Made by a program: the position numbers and the translations under genes. DNA of 64,000 nucleotides, from contig RSEE01000047.1 of NCBI GenBank assembly GCA_003971905.1, positions 62,001 through 126,000 on the forward strand. Reading direction: 5' to 3'. Of this stretch, positions 12,654 through 26,153 are shown piece after piece (position 1 is the first letter of the stretch; every line of letters begins with the position of its first letter). Below the pieces are notes generated by a model, which worked only from the letters and a program-made list of their open reading frames with translations, was not told where the DNA came from and made no database searches. This DNA comes from Moniliella sp. 'wahieum' (taxonomy: Eukaryota).

Positions 12654-13297
12654 TTAGATGGGGTAGCTCGTAACAAAGCCCTTGCCCTTGTAGCCCTCCG
12701 ACGAAGGACCAGTGATTGGGTCGTTCTTCTCCTTGATCGCACGCTCGTTCATAGCCTCCGCCACTCCGTCTTCCACGACTCGGGACGGTCCTTGGCACCT
12801 GCATCCAATCGGGGTCAATTTCGTTGCTCTGACCACGACGAAATCCCAAGCAAAAGAAAATACGTACCTCCCACAGCCTGGATCGACATTGTCATGGCTA
12901 CACCAGCAAGGCAAGCGAGAATGGTGCCAATGAGCACCTTGATTTGCGTCCCAGGCGGTTCAAGCTTCCGAGGTCCTACGGCCCGTACGAAATAAAGTAG
13001 GCAGCGCGCTTCTCGGCCAGGACAGTTCGTTCCAGTCCTTCTTCATAATGTCTTCCAACAGCACCCACGTGCCAATCTGCTCCGGCTTGGACAAGCTCTT
13101 CCACTTGCCCTCCAGGTCGGGCAGAGTCTTGTCCAGGCTGAGCGAGTTGGTCTTGACCAACGCATGGGCATTGTGCCAGTCGTCCTCGTTCCAGCGCTCG
13201 GCGGCCGAGACCATGCCACGGCGGGGCACAGCAGTAACAGAGCGCGCAAAAGTGTGGGCGCCGCACGGAGAACAGAAGGGGTGCGCGTAACGAGCAT
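12654..13297 (-). CDS. COX5: Cytochrome c oxidase subunit V (mammalian COX4 family), mitochondrial precursor
   Basis: Arg-rich presequence 'MLVTRTPSVLRAAP'. 'LPDLEGKWKSLSKPEQ...MKKDWNELSLAEKRAAYFISYGP', a TM segment, and C-terminal 'EAMNERAIKEKNDPITGPSSEGYKGKGFV'. Intron about 12799-12867. Confidence 0.92.
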
Positions 13298-14766
13298 GGC
13301 GAAAAAGGGCGGTGGAGGAGAAGAAAGAGCTCGGGAGCCAGTCCGGCCGGCTCGGTGGCGTTGGCCCTGGGCAACCAGACGGCCGAGCTGGTGAGGCCGC
13401 ACGGCGCCAGTGTGGGGCGTCCCGGAACCGGGGCCGCACGGGGGCAGACTAACGCCCGCTTACAAACGCGGTTTTGAAGGGTGGTTCGATTATTTTGCAA
13501 ATGCATTTGAAATTGCAGCTCCCGGCTTTGCACCGATTTCCCCGGCCCCACGGCAGGAGGATGCATGATGTGCATGATGCATGATTCAGGATGCAAGATG
13601 CGGATCGACGCTGCGACCGCGATGAAATTGCAATCTGACAAGGGAGAGTGGCTAGTGAGTACGCGGTCTTAGACGGTCTTAGATCTTAGATCTTACCGAG
13701 TACCACCTACGCGCGCGCCACCATCAGCACCATCAGCGCATCAGCGTTGGAATGCGCGGAGCCTGCAACAAGCTTCAAGCTTCAAGCACAAGCCTGCTCA
13801 GGCTTCCGAAGCTGAAGCTAGTCAAGCCACACACCGTCGCAACAAATTGCCAGCGCCAATGGGTCTTCGTATTGGCCGTCCGGCGTAGATCCAATCTCCA
13901 GCCACCAACATCCGCCGAATCCATCGTAGTAGCCCATTGTCTAGCGCCCCTACATCAAGAGTGACGTCACCGGTCGCCCCACCTCGCTCGGCACGTGGCC
14001 CGCGTAACGCGTAGCACGCGTTCTTTCCTTGAACCCACACTGGCACCCACACGAAGGTGCGTGCCTTTTTATATCTTCTCACCCGGGCGCGGTGGATACG
14101 GGATGCAGCTCCTTCTCGACGCCCTAATACACAGAACCCAAGACTGGGATGGCGGGCATCACATCCGTCCATCAGGTGCATCAGCGCAGGTGCGCACCAA
14201 CTGCCCCGCGGGACTGGCTAGCCATCGTGGTGGAGAATGCTGCTGCGGCTGGTGCGGGGGTTAGGTTATCGGTTATCGGTGATGTGTATAATGTGGCGGC
14301 GGAGGAGGATGGATTGAATACTGAGTACTGACACGTGTTGCGCCTGGGCTCACGCTGAGCTCAGCGTAGGTTCGCGTGGGCCCGACCAGCGCAGCCCCCG
14401 CGCAGTGACATCACCACATCACGTGCTGGTGTGATGCGACACGCCCCACCTGCTGCGGGCGCGCGGGGGCAGTGCGCCCCAGCGGGAGCCCACACTGCCC
14501 CTGGGCGGCGCGCGCGCTCGCCGCCCCGCCGTGCAGGCCGCCCCGCCCAAGCAGCCCGCCACAGAGCGACACCAGCACCCGCCGCTCCACCGCCGCTCGC
14601 CCCGCCCTCGCCACCACCACCACCACCACCGCCTCCGGAGCTCCCTCGGCACCCCGCATCCGCTCCTGTGCCTCCTGCGCCTCCTGCGCCTCCTGCCCCC
14701 CTGCTCCCCTCCCGCCCCCACGTTCATGTCTGTTTCCACGGTCCCCGCCCCTGCGCAGCCTGCCGC

Positions 14767-17700
14767 ATGAAGTCCCTCTTTGACCGCCGCCGCCCGCGAG
14801 CCACCGCGTCCGGCCCCGGCCCCGCCCACGACCAACTCGACGCGGAGCCCCATCGCCCCCCCCGCCGCCCCCTCCACCTCCTCCTCCTCGCTCTTTTCCC
14901 GCTCCCGTCCCCGCCCCTCTGCCCACACAGTCCACGACATCTCCCACCCCACTCTCACCGGCCACACGGGCTTCTCCCCCGACTCCGTCCTGTATGGTAA
15001 CCTTACTGTACGTCCCCTCTCCTTCCTCCCTCATCCTTGGCCCATCCAGAGCGCAACACGCTAACCATCCTCTTCCCCAGCCCATCTCTCCTGCCGCTGG
15101 GGCCACCTCGCTCCCACAGAGGGGGATTGGGCAGCGCGCTATGCCATGCACCCCCCTCACGCACTTCGGCCGGATCCTCGTCGCAAACGCTGACTGCGTC
15201 TTCCTTTGGGTTTGGTCACCCCCCCACCAGCGGATCGGATCTCAGTCGTCGTCTGTCTTTAGCGCCGCCACTACCGCCAACCAGACCAACACCCCTCCCC
15301 CTTTCCACATGGCCTCCTCCTCAAGCACCGAGGGGTACCCGCCATTCCTACCCCCAGGCCCCAATGGCAGAGGACAGGGCCTGAGTGGACTGGCCAGCTA
15401 CCCCTCTCGTGCCCCAACCTCCTCTGCATTTTCCCACTCTTCTTCAATGCCCTTGGGCCTGCCCCTGTCCAACGGAACGCCCCCCTCTGCTCATCCCATG
15501 GTGGCGAGTGGGAGCAACCCGCTCCTACACAGTCCCTCAGCGGCCGCGCAGATGCCGCCCGTGCCATTGTCTTCTTCCGCCACCCCGATCGGATTGGGCC
15601 CATTCCCACCCATGTCGAGCGGTGCGTCGATGGGTGGTGCGCCTGCCAGCTCGTCGCTCTCAGCCTCTCACATCACGCCGATCACCTCTCTCCTCCGACT
15701 CTGACCCTCCCACCCTAAGGGCCAAGTCCAAGCGAAACACCCTTCCCGGCCTTCTTTTTCCAGTCCTTCTGCCGCCGATCCATGGAGCCCAGCTCATCCA
15801 ACCCAAACCGACCTTACGCGCCTCCTCCCCGGGCTGGAAGCAGCGGGTCCGGTCCCTTGCCCGCTCTGCGGCCATGAAGGACTCGGTCATTCGTTCTGCC
15901 CCAGCCGAGTTTCATATGGAACGTCCGGACGATGAAGCGGTGGAGCGCATGTTTGAGGAGTTGGTACAGAAACTGGATCTGCTGGAAGGCGGACAACGCG
16001 CTTCGACCAGCCAGAACATGATGGCCATGAGCACCGATAACAATGGACCTCGTATACAACGATCGGCTGACCGAGTGGCACGCGGCCCGCACGCGTCGCC
16101 ATGCCGCTCCAACTCCCACGTTGCATACCCTGGTAAAGGCCACCATGGTCAAGGTGCTGGCTTGAGCACCGCTCCTCCCCTGAATGGTTCATTCGCCGAT
16201 CCTTGATGGCAAAGTGACCGTGACCGACTGGAAGCGTTGGCAGTGACCCTGCGCACGTGCGCGATGGGGTGGATCGAGGAGTTTGTTCATGCGGAAGGAA
16301 CTTCGACGTTGGGCAACCTGCTCACTACGCTCCACCAAAAGCAACTCAAGTCCGAAGCCGACATTCGGCTTGAGTTTGGCGTGCTCAAGGCCTTCCGTGC
16401 GCTTTTTAACTCGCGCCCAGGTGCCAATGATGCGCTTCGGCAACCCAAGTGCGTGTCGAGCATTGTCGCCTCCACCACCTCGGGCATCTTCCCACCCGTC
16501 GCCAGGTAGCCGACATTTTGCTGTTCCTGTGTCATTGGGCAAAGCCCCAGGGGCAGCAACTTGTCTTGCGTGGATTTGATGATCTGCGCCAGAGCGAGGG
16601 TACGCATGGCCGGTTTGATGCGTGGATGACTGTGCTGGAACGCACGATCGATGGGCGGGGCAAGATGGGAAGCCTGGTGGGTGCGTCGCATGAGCTGCTC
16701 GATCTAGGTACTGGGTCGCACGAAACGACGCTCAACGAGTATGCGGTCAACACGATGTTTCTCATCAACGCCATTCTCCATCCCGGCATCGCGCCCGACT
16801 ACCAAGTGCGCGTGCATCTGCGCAACCAGCTCGATGCGTCCGGTCTGCAACGGATCATCATCAAGCTGCGCGCTTCAAGTACCCCGACCTGGACCAACAG
16901 ATCGAGGTGTTTGAAGCGGGTGCAGCCGCTGACCTCGAGGAGCTGAACGAGAGCTGTGAAGGCGGGCTGCTTGATGGCGGCGACTTGTCGGACCCAGTGG
17001 ACGTATTCAAGGCGATCGTGACCAAGGTGGACGGTTCCCGAGCGTATGACTTTTTCCTCTCTTCCCTTCAGCATCTCCTGCTGATCCAACAGGACCCGAG
17101 GCCTTGGCTACGCGCTTCCAGCTCATCGATTCCCTCGTGACCGCTGTCGCGATGGACGAAAAGGGCGAGTTTCTTCGTGGCCAGGATTTTGCTTCGACGA
17201 TCGGGATGAGCGTCAACAAGCTGGTGCAACAGTTTGAGGACCAAGGCCAGTTGGAAGTGCTCGTGCGGAGCGAATGAGCTGCAAGCCCAACTGAACGAGG
17301 CCGAATCGTCAAGAAGGACTTGCAAGTGCAGCTCAAGGTGGCTTCTCAACGCCTCACCCGCCTCTCCCAGCGCACCTCAACCCAGCCCCCGCAGGAGGCG
17401 AAGGATGGCTCGCTGTACCCTCCTCAGGCTCTGCACCCGACGACGAGCAAAGGCGCTCGATGGCGGATACCAACGACCGATCTGGCCGAGGCGGATCAGT
17501 CCCTGGCTCAAGAGACGGTCGAGCTTGAGTCGGAGCTGGCTCAGCTGCGGAGGCGAGTGGCTCAATTGGAGGCCGACTTGGCCTTAGCAAGGGAGAACAA
17601 GGATGCGATTGAGATGGAGGCGGCGCAGATCCATGCAGGCTTCCTGGATCGGTGTGCGCACTTGGAATTGCAGCTAATGGAAGCGCAGCAGCTCATGCAC

Positions 17701-20700
17701 CAGGCTCATCTCCATAGCGCCGAGGATGACGGCCGCGAAGAGACCCCCGTCTTGATCGAAAAAATGGAGGCTGCACTGCGCAAACAAGTGGAGCGCGTCC
17801 GGACCGAGAAGATCCTCACTTCCAAACAACGAGGCCATCGCGGTACGGTGCCGGCTCGGGCTCAGGCTCGCTCAGGCTCCATCGGCGGCTCAGGTTCTCT
17901 GGCCGGGTTGGGATCTGGCTCCTTACCGGCCCACGAGGCGGAAGGCGCGCAGCCGCACCTGTCCCTCCTGTCAACGGCACGAAGGACCTGGAGGCGCTCG
18001 GGATTCGCCTCCAGCCGATGGCGGGAAAGTGAGCTGGAGGCGCGGCAGGGTCGAGATGACACGAGCGACGATGGTGCCGCCGGGCTGGGCGCCGCTGCGC
18101 TGCTCACGCCCTCGTCAGAGGGACACCGGACGCTGGGTCAGGACGTTGGACGGACGACGATGCCCTGCCGCCGCAGCAGGTCCGTGCCCAGATCGAGGCG
18201 TATTGGCGCGCCAGCTGGCCTCGAACGCGGACATGGGCTCGCGCATGGCGGACACACGCGAAACTCGGATGAAGGCGCGCCAACGTACCGAAGCTCGTGC
18301 GGATGGTGCGGCGACAGGGCAACAAGGGGCCATCTGACGACGCCAGTCTGTCCGACCGCGAAGGCGAGGGCGAGGGCGAGTACGACACACCCGACCGCTC
18401 GTCGTTGTACGACGCGGAGGCGGCAGTTCACGTGGCAGTACCAGTGCAGCGACGCAAGCTGGATACGTCACCGGTTCTTTTCAGGGCATTCCCACCACCC
18501 GGGGCAGCTTCGGTACCTGCCTCTCGGCCCGCGCCAGGCTCTTCCCTGACGGGGCGCAAGTCGTGTCAAGTACAGCCGAAGCACCTGAACCAACGTCGGT
18601 ACAAGGGCCGGCTGCAGCCAGCACCAGCACCAACAGCACCAGAACTACTGCCAGAAACAGCACCAGGACCTGCCTCTGTATCAGACCAGTCCCCTCTGTT
18701 CCTACTTCCGAGAGGGAGTTGGCGACTGCCGAAACCCCGGTTGCAATCGTCTCCAACGGAGATCTCTCGCCCGTATCGACGCTGAACGGGAGCTTGAAAC
18801 GGTGCCAAAGTCTGATGAGGGAGAAATCGCTGAGCGTTGCCAATCCGACCTGGTATGGAACGAGCTTCCATCAAGTTCGCACCAACCTTCACAGACCTCG
18901 TTCTTGTCTGCCCCCACCAACTCGAATCCCCCCTGCATCGGCCCAGGGCGCCCAGCTGTCTCCCCTAGCGGCCCAAACGGAGTCCGAGTCTCCCTCAGGT
19001 GCTCCAGCTTCCCTTTTGACCCCTTCACCCCCGCAGAGTGGTGCCGGGTTGAGGAACCAAGCTTCCTATGAACTCTTCTCTCTCTCGCCCCGATCCCAGA
19101 CGATCGATGGCCTGTCTCCAGCGAGCCTGCCCGTGCCGCTACCGGGGAGCTTGTCCAGTTCCATCCCGGAAGAGTACATGTACCTGCACGCCTATCAGCG
19201 CCGCCGCCCACGGCCGCCATGTCCCAGCCCCTACCGGCCTCTACTCCCCCCTTCCAGATCGAAGGACGGGAGGCGCCTCCCCCATCCTCTACTGGGGCGG
19301 ACGCCCGTGTCCACGTGGACCTGCATCATCGCCATCGCTCGCGGTGGAGACAGCCATCCCGGCCCACCCATCTGGTCCGCCTGAACGTGTTTTGTTCCAG
19401 ACGAGGGCAGATTTCTTCACCTCGTTCCTCTTTCACCTCACGCTTCTCAGTCTGCTGCTGGTCGATTCATGAGCTGGGCTTGCATCTGCCCCTGGACTTG
19501 AACATGAACCTGATCCTCAGCTCACACCCACTCCTAAGCCTGACTTGACACATACGCCTAGGCCTGAGCCTACTCCTACGGATGAGTCTGAATCTGCCCT
19601 TGCCTTCGCTTCCTGTCATCCTCATCACCCCCACCACCACCACCACCACCACCACCCCCGCCTCCTCCTCCTCCTCCTTCACAGCCACCCTCTTCTCTGA
19701 ATACGGCAACTGATAGTGGAGATGCTCCTCCTCCGCCACCTCCCCCTCCCCCTCCTCCCCCACTTAACTTGGCATTGGGCCGGATTGGGGGAGTTGCCGG
19801 GCTCCGTCCATCGGCCAACTCAGCTCTGTTGCGTTCGTCTTCATCGCCCACTCGGCCGTGGAGGCTTCCGCGATTCAATGCTCAGTATGCGCACTTCGTA
19901 CCTGGGCCCGCGTGGTATGGCTGGCCCTGCTGCGCCTCCCCCCCCGCCCGACTCGGCTCTGTTGCGGGAGATGCTGAAGCGGAAAGAGGTGGCAGAAATG
20001 GCGAGCGAGGATGAAACAGCTTCAGTGGGACAAGCTCTCACTTGCCATGCAGCCGAGACGATTTGGGGACAAAACCAAGGCGCTGCGGTGACGAGTTGGC
20101 GCTGGCACGAGCGCTCAAGATGTCGGGGATGTTTCAACATATGGAGACTGACTTCCGCGCTCAGACGCACCTGCCAAAGAAGGGGTCGGGGCGGCCAAGA
20201 AGCCACGGGTCGAGTTGACCAGCCATCTTTCGCTCCAGACGCGACAGGGAATTGAACTGATTTTGCGCCGGGTCAAGTCTCGCATCACGGGCGGGAAGCA
20301 TGCTACGCCCGAGGAAGTTGCGACGACATCATTCACTGTCGTCCCTCGATTTTGGACCAGGGGTTCCTCTCGGAACTGTTGCGACACTACCCTGAGAGCG
20401 AGACCAAGGGTCAACTGGGTGAATATCGCAACGCGTCGAACGAGGAGTTGCTCCTGCTTCACCCGGCCGACCGATTGGTGGTGCTGCTGATGACGGTGCC
20501 TCACCTCAAGGAAAAAGTGCAGGGATTGCTCTTTACTCTCGCTACCGCGAAACGTACGACTTGATCGAGGCTGCCAGCTCCAAGATCCGAAACGGCGCGG
20601 AGCAGTTGATGCAGGCACCGCACTTTAACCGGCTGCTCCACATCATCCTCACAATGGGCAACTTCCTCAACGCCACCGGAATGCAGGGGGGTGCGTTTGG

Positions 20701-22012
20701 GTTCAAGATTTCGTCCATCAAAACTGGTGGATACCAAGGCTGCTGATGGCGCAACCTTGCTTCACTTTGTCGAACGCTCCGTGCACCAATGTTTCCCAGA
20801 GACCCAGCCTTCCTCACTGAGCTCGAGGCGCCGGCCGAGCGTGCCGAGGTATGTCCTCCCCTCTTTGTGTTGTTTTCGTCTTCCTAACTTGCTCCGTTTT
20901 CCAGTACAATTGCTTGACCTAAAGCGCGAGCTGGCCGAGCTCAAGTCGGGCAGCTACCAGCACAAGCGTGAGCTGGACCGCATCTTGATGGAACAGAACG
21001 AGACGGTGGCCGATCCCTATGCACGGCTGATGCTTCCCTTCCTGCAGACTGCGTCCGAAGAGCTGAGCCGGCTGAGCGACCAAGTGCAGAAATCCGAACG
21101 AATCTATGCCGACGTTTTGCGCTTTTACGGCGAGGGTCCGGACCCGCGTCGGCGGGGCTTCCCGGCGCAGCAACTACTTCGCACCGAGGACTTTTTCGGT
21201 ATTTTCCGCGATTTGTTGTCTCGTACCGCAAAGCGCAGAAGGAAAATGCGCTTCTCAGCGAGCAGCGGGCTCGAGGTCAAGCGTCGTGCCTTGGCGAAGA
21301 AAGAGAAAAGGAACGTCAACTCGCTCTGCAACGCAAGCAAACCGCCTCGCCAGATGATGGGCAGTTGCTCGAGACGCTCTTGGGTCATTTGCGCGAGACG
21401 GGCGGGCCTACTGGTCGTCACCGACGCAAGAACCGCCGGCACCCTTCCTCCAACCGGTCGATTGCGTCGAGTCTGTCGGGCGAAGCGTTTTCCGACCCAA
21501 CCGCCCTCCGGTGCCCGAACCGTCCCCGCCCATGCCAATGGGCGTCACAGCCCCCGTCCCTGCTGCATCTGCCATGCCGGGGGCCAATGTCAACCGTCAG
21601 TCCACATCGGTCTTGGCCGAAACGCTCTTGGCCCAACTGCAAGGCGAGCCCCCCCTCCGACCCCCGCCTCCGGGGCGGCACCAGAGGAGGGCACAGAACG
21701 CACCACGCGTCGGCGGATGCGGCCGCGGCACAAGCGTACATTGTTGCTGAGGCTGAAGAGGACACGCCAGAGGTGCTGGATACTGTGCAGGACTCCGAGT
21801 TGGCCCACTCGCCTCCGGCTCCCAGCATCCGCCGCCTCGGCAGCTGAAATACCGCTTGTCCCCTCCCCCACTTCGCCCCCGCTAGCCCCCTCGACTTCGG
21901 CCGCCACTTTCTTGTCTGCCCACTCGCTCTCCACTGAGCCTGGCTCGACGGCCGAACCCTCCGCTTCGCCGCACAACGAGCCCGTTCCGTTGCCCCCCCG
22001 GCAATGGAGTAG
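14767..22012 (+). CDS. Diaphanous-related formin (GBD/FH3-FH1-FH2), SepA/Bni1-like; end approximate
   Basis: FH3 'GRFDAWMTVLERTIDGRGKMGSLVGAS...EYAVNTMFLINAIL...RVHLRNQL'. Polyproline FH1 at about 19620-19760 and 19930. FH2 'MKQLQWDK', 'LLHIILTMGNFLN..GGAFGFKISSIK.LVDTKA..TLLHFVER', 'TEDFFGIF'. Probable introns near 15010-15080 and 20849-20903. Many indels. Confidence 0.9.
19617..19761 (+). repeat. CCA/CCT trinucleotide repeats encoding formin FH1 polyproline
   Basis: ccaccaccacc... and cctcctcct runs. Confidence 0.85.
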
Positions 22013-22472
22013 ACTCTGCTGTTCACTTGGTCTCCCCCCTCCACCACCTTCTCCACCCTTGAATTTTCTGTGCGACTTGTTTTTTGTAGCGTGTCTGAGC
22101 ATTGGCGCAGATTCCCATGTACGACCACGAACAACGTTCATTACGCACGCTCCTCTTTTGTCCCCGCGGGGGGAAGCCATTCTGTCGCTGGTATATACAG
22201 GACCTGATTAGGCATCCCAATGGACAGCGAGATCGAGTGGTTAGATGCACGTGACCGCCACGTGACGTGGGATGGGATGGAGGCTGGCTGATGATGATGT
22301 CTAAGATCTGAGCCCGGGTGCTGCTGGGAGGAGCGGAGGAGGATCGACGGGAGAGACGCCGCCGGACGGGCAGCCCCACTGCGCATCTCAAGAGCACTTG
22401 CTCCCCCCACCGCCCGCCCCCCCTCCGCCCCCCTCCGCCCCCGCGTCGGCAGCAGTGCTGCCTCTCTGGCCC

Positions 22473-24509
22473 ATGCCTCTCTTCCCCGCCGTCGCCGCCT
22501 TCTTCGGCGTGCCCCCCCCGCCTGCCCCTGCCGAGCGCACGCCTACCGACTGGGGCGGTGGTATGACACCTCCTGGCGCCTCCCCTTTGCAACCCCAGCC
22601 CCCCCCGACCCCTCCACCTCCACCTCCGCCATTCCTGCCGCAGCGCCGAGGTCCCCGCCAGGCCAAGATGCCGCGTACCCCCGTCTGGCTCCCACGTGGG
22701 CACGCATCCGCACGTGGTGCCGTCACCAATTCCCCGAGATTGCCGACACTCTCAATTTGCCCGCATCGTCCGAGGTGATCCACGAGTTTGAGCGCCGCCT
22801 CGGCCGCCGCCTGCCCGCCGCGGTGCTAGAGAGCTTTGCCTTGGTCAACGGACAGGAGAACGAATCGCTGTCGGATGCTGCCTTGGCCCGCTCCCGTGCC
22901 GGACTGGTGCTGGGGTTGCCCCTGCTCTCCATCGAGGAGGCTATGGCCGAATGGTCGTATTGGCGCCAGGTGGACTCGGATCCTTCCTCGGGTCCAATGC
23001 CCAAGTGAAAGCGAATATGGCCTCTTGTCCCGATGGCTGGGTCGCACCGCAGTACAGCAACCCGGCCTGGGTTCCTCTTGTGACCGACCGAATGGGCAAC
23101 TACATTGGTGTCGATCTGAGCCCGCCGAGCGTGGATTCCGCCGGAAGGAATGGGAACGACTAGCCAATGCGATGGCCAGTACGTCGATCGTTGACTTTGG
23201 TCTTTCTTCCCGGGCCATCGCTTCTTCCTCCGCCTCGCCTCTCAGGGGAATCGGTACCTCACGCGAAAGTTTCCCAACACCTGGAACGCTGAATGCTGTT
23301 CCGAGTCCCGTCCCAAGCCCCTCTCCTCTTCCACGTGTTCACCTTCGTATTCCTCCCAAGGTCATGGGGAGGCAGGGCAAGTCATCATTTTTGGTCGGGA
23401 TTTTGACACCAAGGTTGTCCTCCACCCAGGCAGCGGCAAAGGCGGTTGGGCTACTTTTTTGCCTACCTCGCTGATACGCTGGACCGCGGAGTGTTCTTCA
23501 CCCTGGATGACGAGTTCAGTGAGAACAGCGATGAGGAAGACTACATTGGGTATGAGAACTACTTTGGAAGTACGACGGCCAGTGCTGTTGGGGGCGGATT
23601 GGCCAGTACCCATTTAGGAGGGTATGGGTTCCGTCTCCGCAAGCCGTACAAGGGGGTCAGTGTTCTGGAGGCGCTGGCGGACCAAAGTGCACGCCGATGG
23701 GAAGAAGAAGGGTTTTCCGCGGCGTATCTATGGCTGAGCTAGAGTGGCATCAAGCTGAAGCTGCCGAGAACGAGCCCGACGAGAACAACGAATTCGATTT
23801 CCCCCACTCTTCCAGTGACGACATTGGGGACCATCGAGAAGATATCCTCGTTGACACGCCATATGGGATGCGATTCCCCGTATCTGCCGCCGCCTCTACC
23901 TCGTCTGCGGCTAGAAACAACTTGTCTGACGCAACTGCTTTTGATCACCCTCTTTCCCCTCGGCGAAACGGGGATGGTGGACGGTGTCCCTACCACCAGA
24001 TCCTCTTCCTCGGCCGACTCGGGTACTGCAACACCCCCGCTGCGGCGCAAGCCTCCGCCGCCTCAGTCCGCCGATTTGATGGCCTTGCCTACCATTGAGG
24101 ACTGCAGGCGGTACGAGAGGAAGTGCTGCAAGATGCACTAGGCCACGATTACCACAACATGACATCTGCCGCGGAGCGCAAAAGACGCGGCCCAGCAATG
24201 TGTTCAAGTCGATCCCCTTTGGTTGGTCATCCGCGGGACCCCCGCCCGAGCCCGACATTGAAGCCGACTTGCCCACGAACCGTGCCGCCCCGTCACTGGG
24301 GCTGACTAGCCCCACCTCAACATTGGCGCCTCCAGATTCCCCACTAGAGTCGCGAACGACCCTCTCTCCCAAACTGACGCCCGATCAGGCATATCGCTCC
24401 CTTTTGGATGCAAGTCCGGGTCAAACGCCTAATGGAAGCAGCCACGACCTGCGACCTACTGGACCCCCGATGCACCTCCCCTCCACCCCCCTGCCAGAGC
24501 GCACAGTAA
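22473..24509 (+). CDS. SMI1: Smi1/Knr4 family cell-wall (glucan synthesis) regulator; ends approximate
   Basis: 'HEFERRLGRRLPAAVLESFALVNGQE', 'GLVLGLPLLSIEEAMAEWSYWRQV', 'SCPDGWVAPQYSNPAWVPLVTDRMGNYIGVDLSP', 'GQVIIFGRDFDTKVV'. Confidence 0.85.
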
Positions 24510-26153
24510 GTGCCAAGGGAAATCGGCAACTCGCTGTACTTCATGGGTTGGTGGATGCACATATCCTCCTTCCTTGTCCACCTCGGTGTCGGTCGGGCGT
24601 AGCCCCACCTGTCTATGCTCTTTCACGCGTGTTCTTTCCCTCGTCTGGTTCTGGCTTTGCAACCTGCGCACCCACCTCATTTTGCGTCGGGCCAAGGCGG
24701 CTGGCCAGAAGGATGCTGGGCGGGACAAATGTGTCTGCCTGCCGTTCGGGGCCCACTTACTACTTCAGAGGAAGAGAAGGGAGGAAGGGCACAGCAGTGA
24801 GCTCAGCCTGAGCATTCGCCATTCTTTTTCATCCCCCTCCTCCATTGTAAGATGTCCATGGCCCTTGCTTTCTTGTGTGCGCAGCTTGGTCTACTGATGT
24901 ATTGGGCGTGGCTAGCCGTCACTGTATTATGTTCCACCACAATCCCTCTCCCACCCCCTCTTTAGCCCTCGTGCCCTCCACTGCGGTGGACCGAGCGCAT
25001 AACATGGAAAGCGTCTTGTGTATCCTCTCTTTCCGCTCGCAGGCTTGAGCACCTGGACGCCTAGCTGAACGCTGTATCCCTGGTCTCCTTCCGGACGTTG
25101 AATAACGTTCTTGTGTCTGTGCTCGTGGAGCACCGGTGGGGGCAAGAGCTGGTAGATAGACAAGGACTGGCTTATCGTAGCTTGATAGCTTGATCCTCTC
25201 CTAGATGGTGTGGCACAAAACGTGGCTCTAAGCATCACTCTCTGTCTCTCGTAGTTTTGTGATGATGGCGGGCCTACGTGCCAGGCCTACACCCTCCTGC
25301 ACCGCCTCTCTCCTACTTGGTTGCGAAATCTGGCTTGCTCCGCCGTTCATCCCCACCCCGCGCAACCACTGGCCCCTCCTATTATGCCTCTTGCGGGGGG
25401 CAAGTCAAACGTATACTGGCTGGGATTGAGCAAGGCGGCTGCAAGGGGGATCAGCAGCGTCCCCAATCCAGGGGCGCTGCGTTGGCACGCGCGCATGCTG
25501 CCACCTACACGACGCAGGACGTGGAACCACGGCAGGACTAAGCGCACGAAACTACAGCTTGATGACCGACAGCTGAGAGACCCACCGAGTGAACGCCCCG
25601 CTGCTCTCGTTCCCCCTCGCCCCCCTCTCCTGACAGCTGACACTACGAGCCGGAGGCAAGGAGACATGCATGGTGCCCTCAGGCCTCCAGGCCCAACGTA
25701 TCGTCCTCGCCGGCGCGTACGCAAAACAGCCAGCAGGACGGGGCACTGCGGAGAGCGTGGCCACCGAACACTCCTACCGGGACACTATGAAAGAAAACGG
25801 CGTAGCCCCGTTCCGGTCCAGCCTTGGGTCGCGCGCTGGGAATTGCCAGCCCGTCCCCGTCAAACCCAGAGAATGCCCCCAGGCAACTGCCCACGCACTC
25901 GTCCCAGCCAGATCGGGCAAATATCATGTGTATCATATACGCCGGACGGACCCAGCCCATACAAAGGCGCCTTGCGCATTGATCATCGATCATCCCAGCC
26001 CCGAAGACGACCAATGGTTGAGATCAAAGAAACGGAATGGGACCAAAGGCGCGTGTGTGCGCTCGGCAGACCAACCCAGGCAAACCAACCATGGCTGGCT
26101 GAGCTGCTGCCAGCGGTTCACACAAAAAAAACCAAACACAGAACAGAACAAGG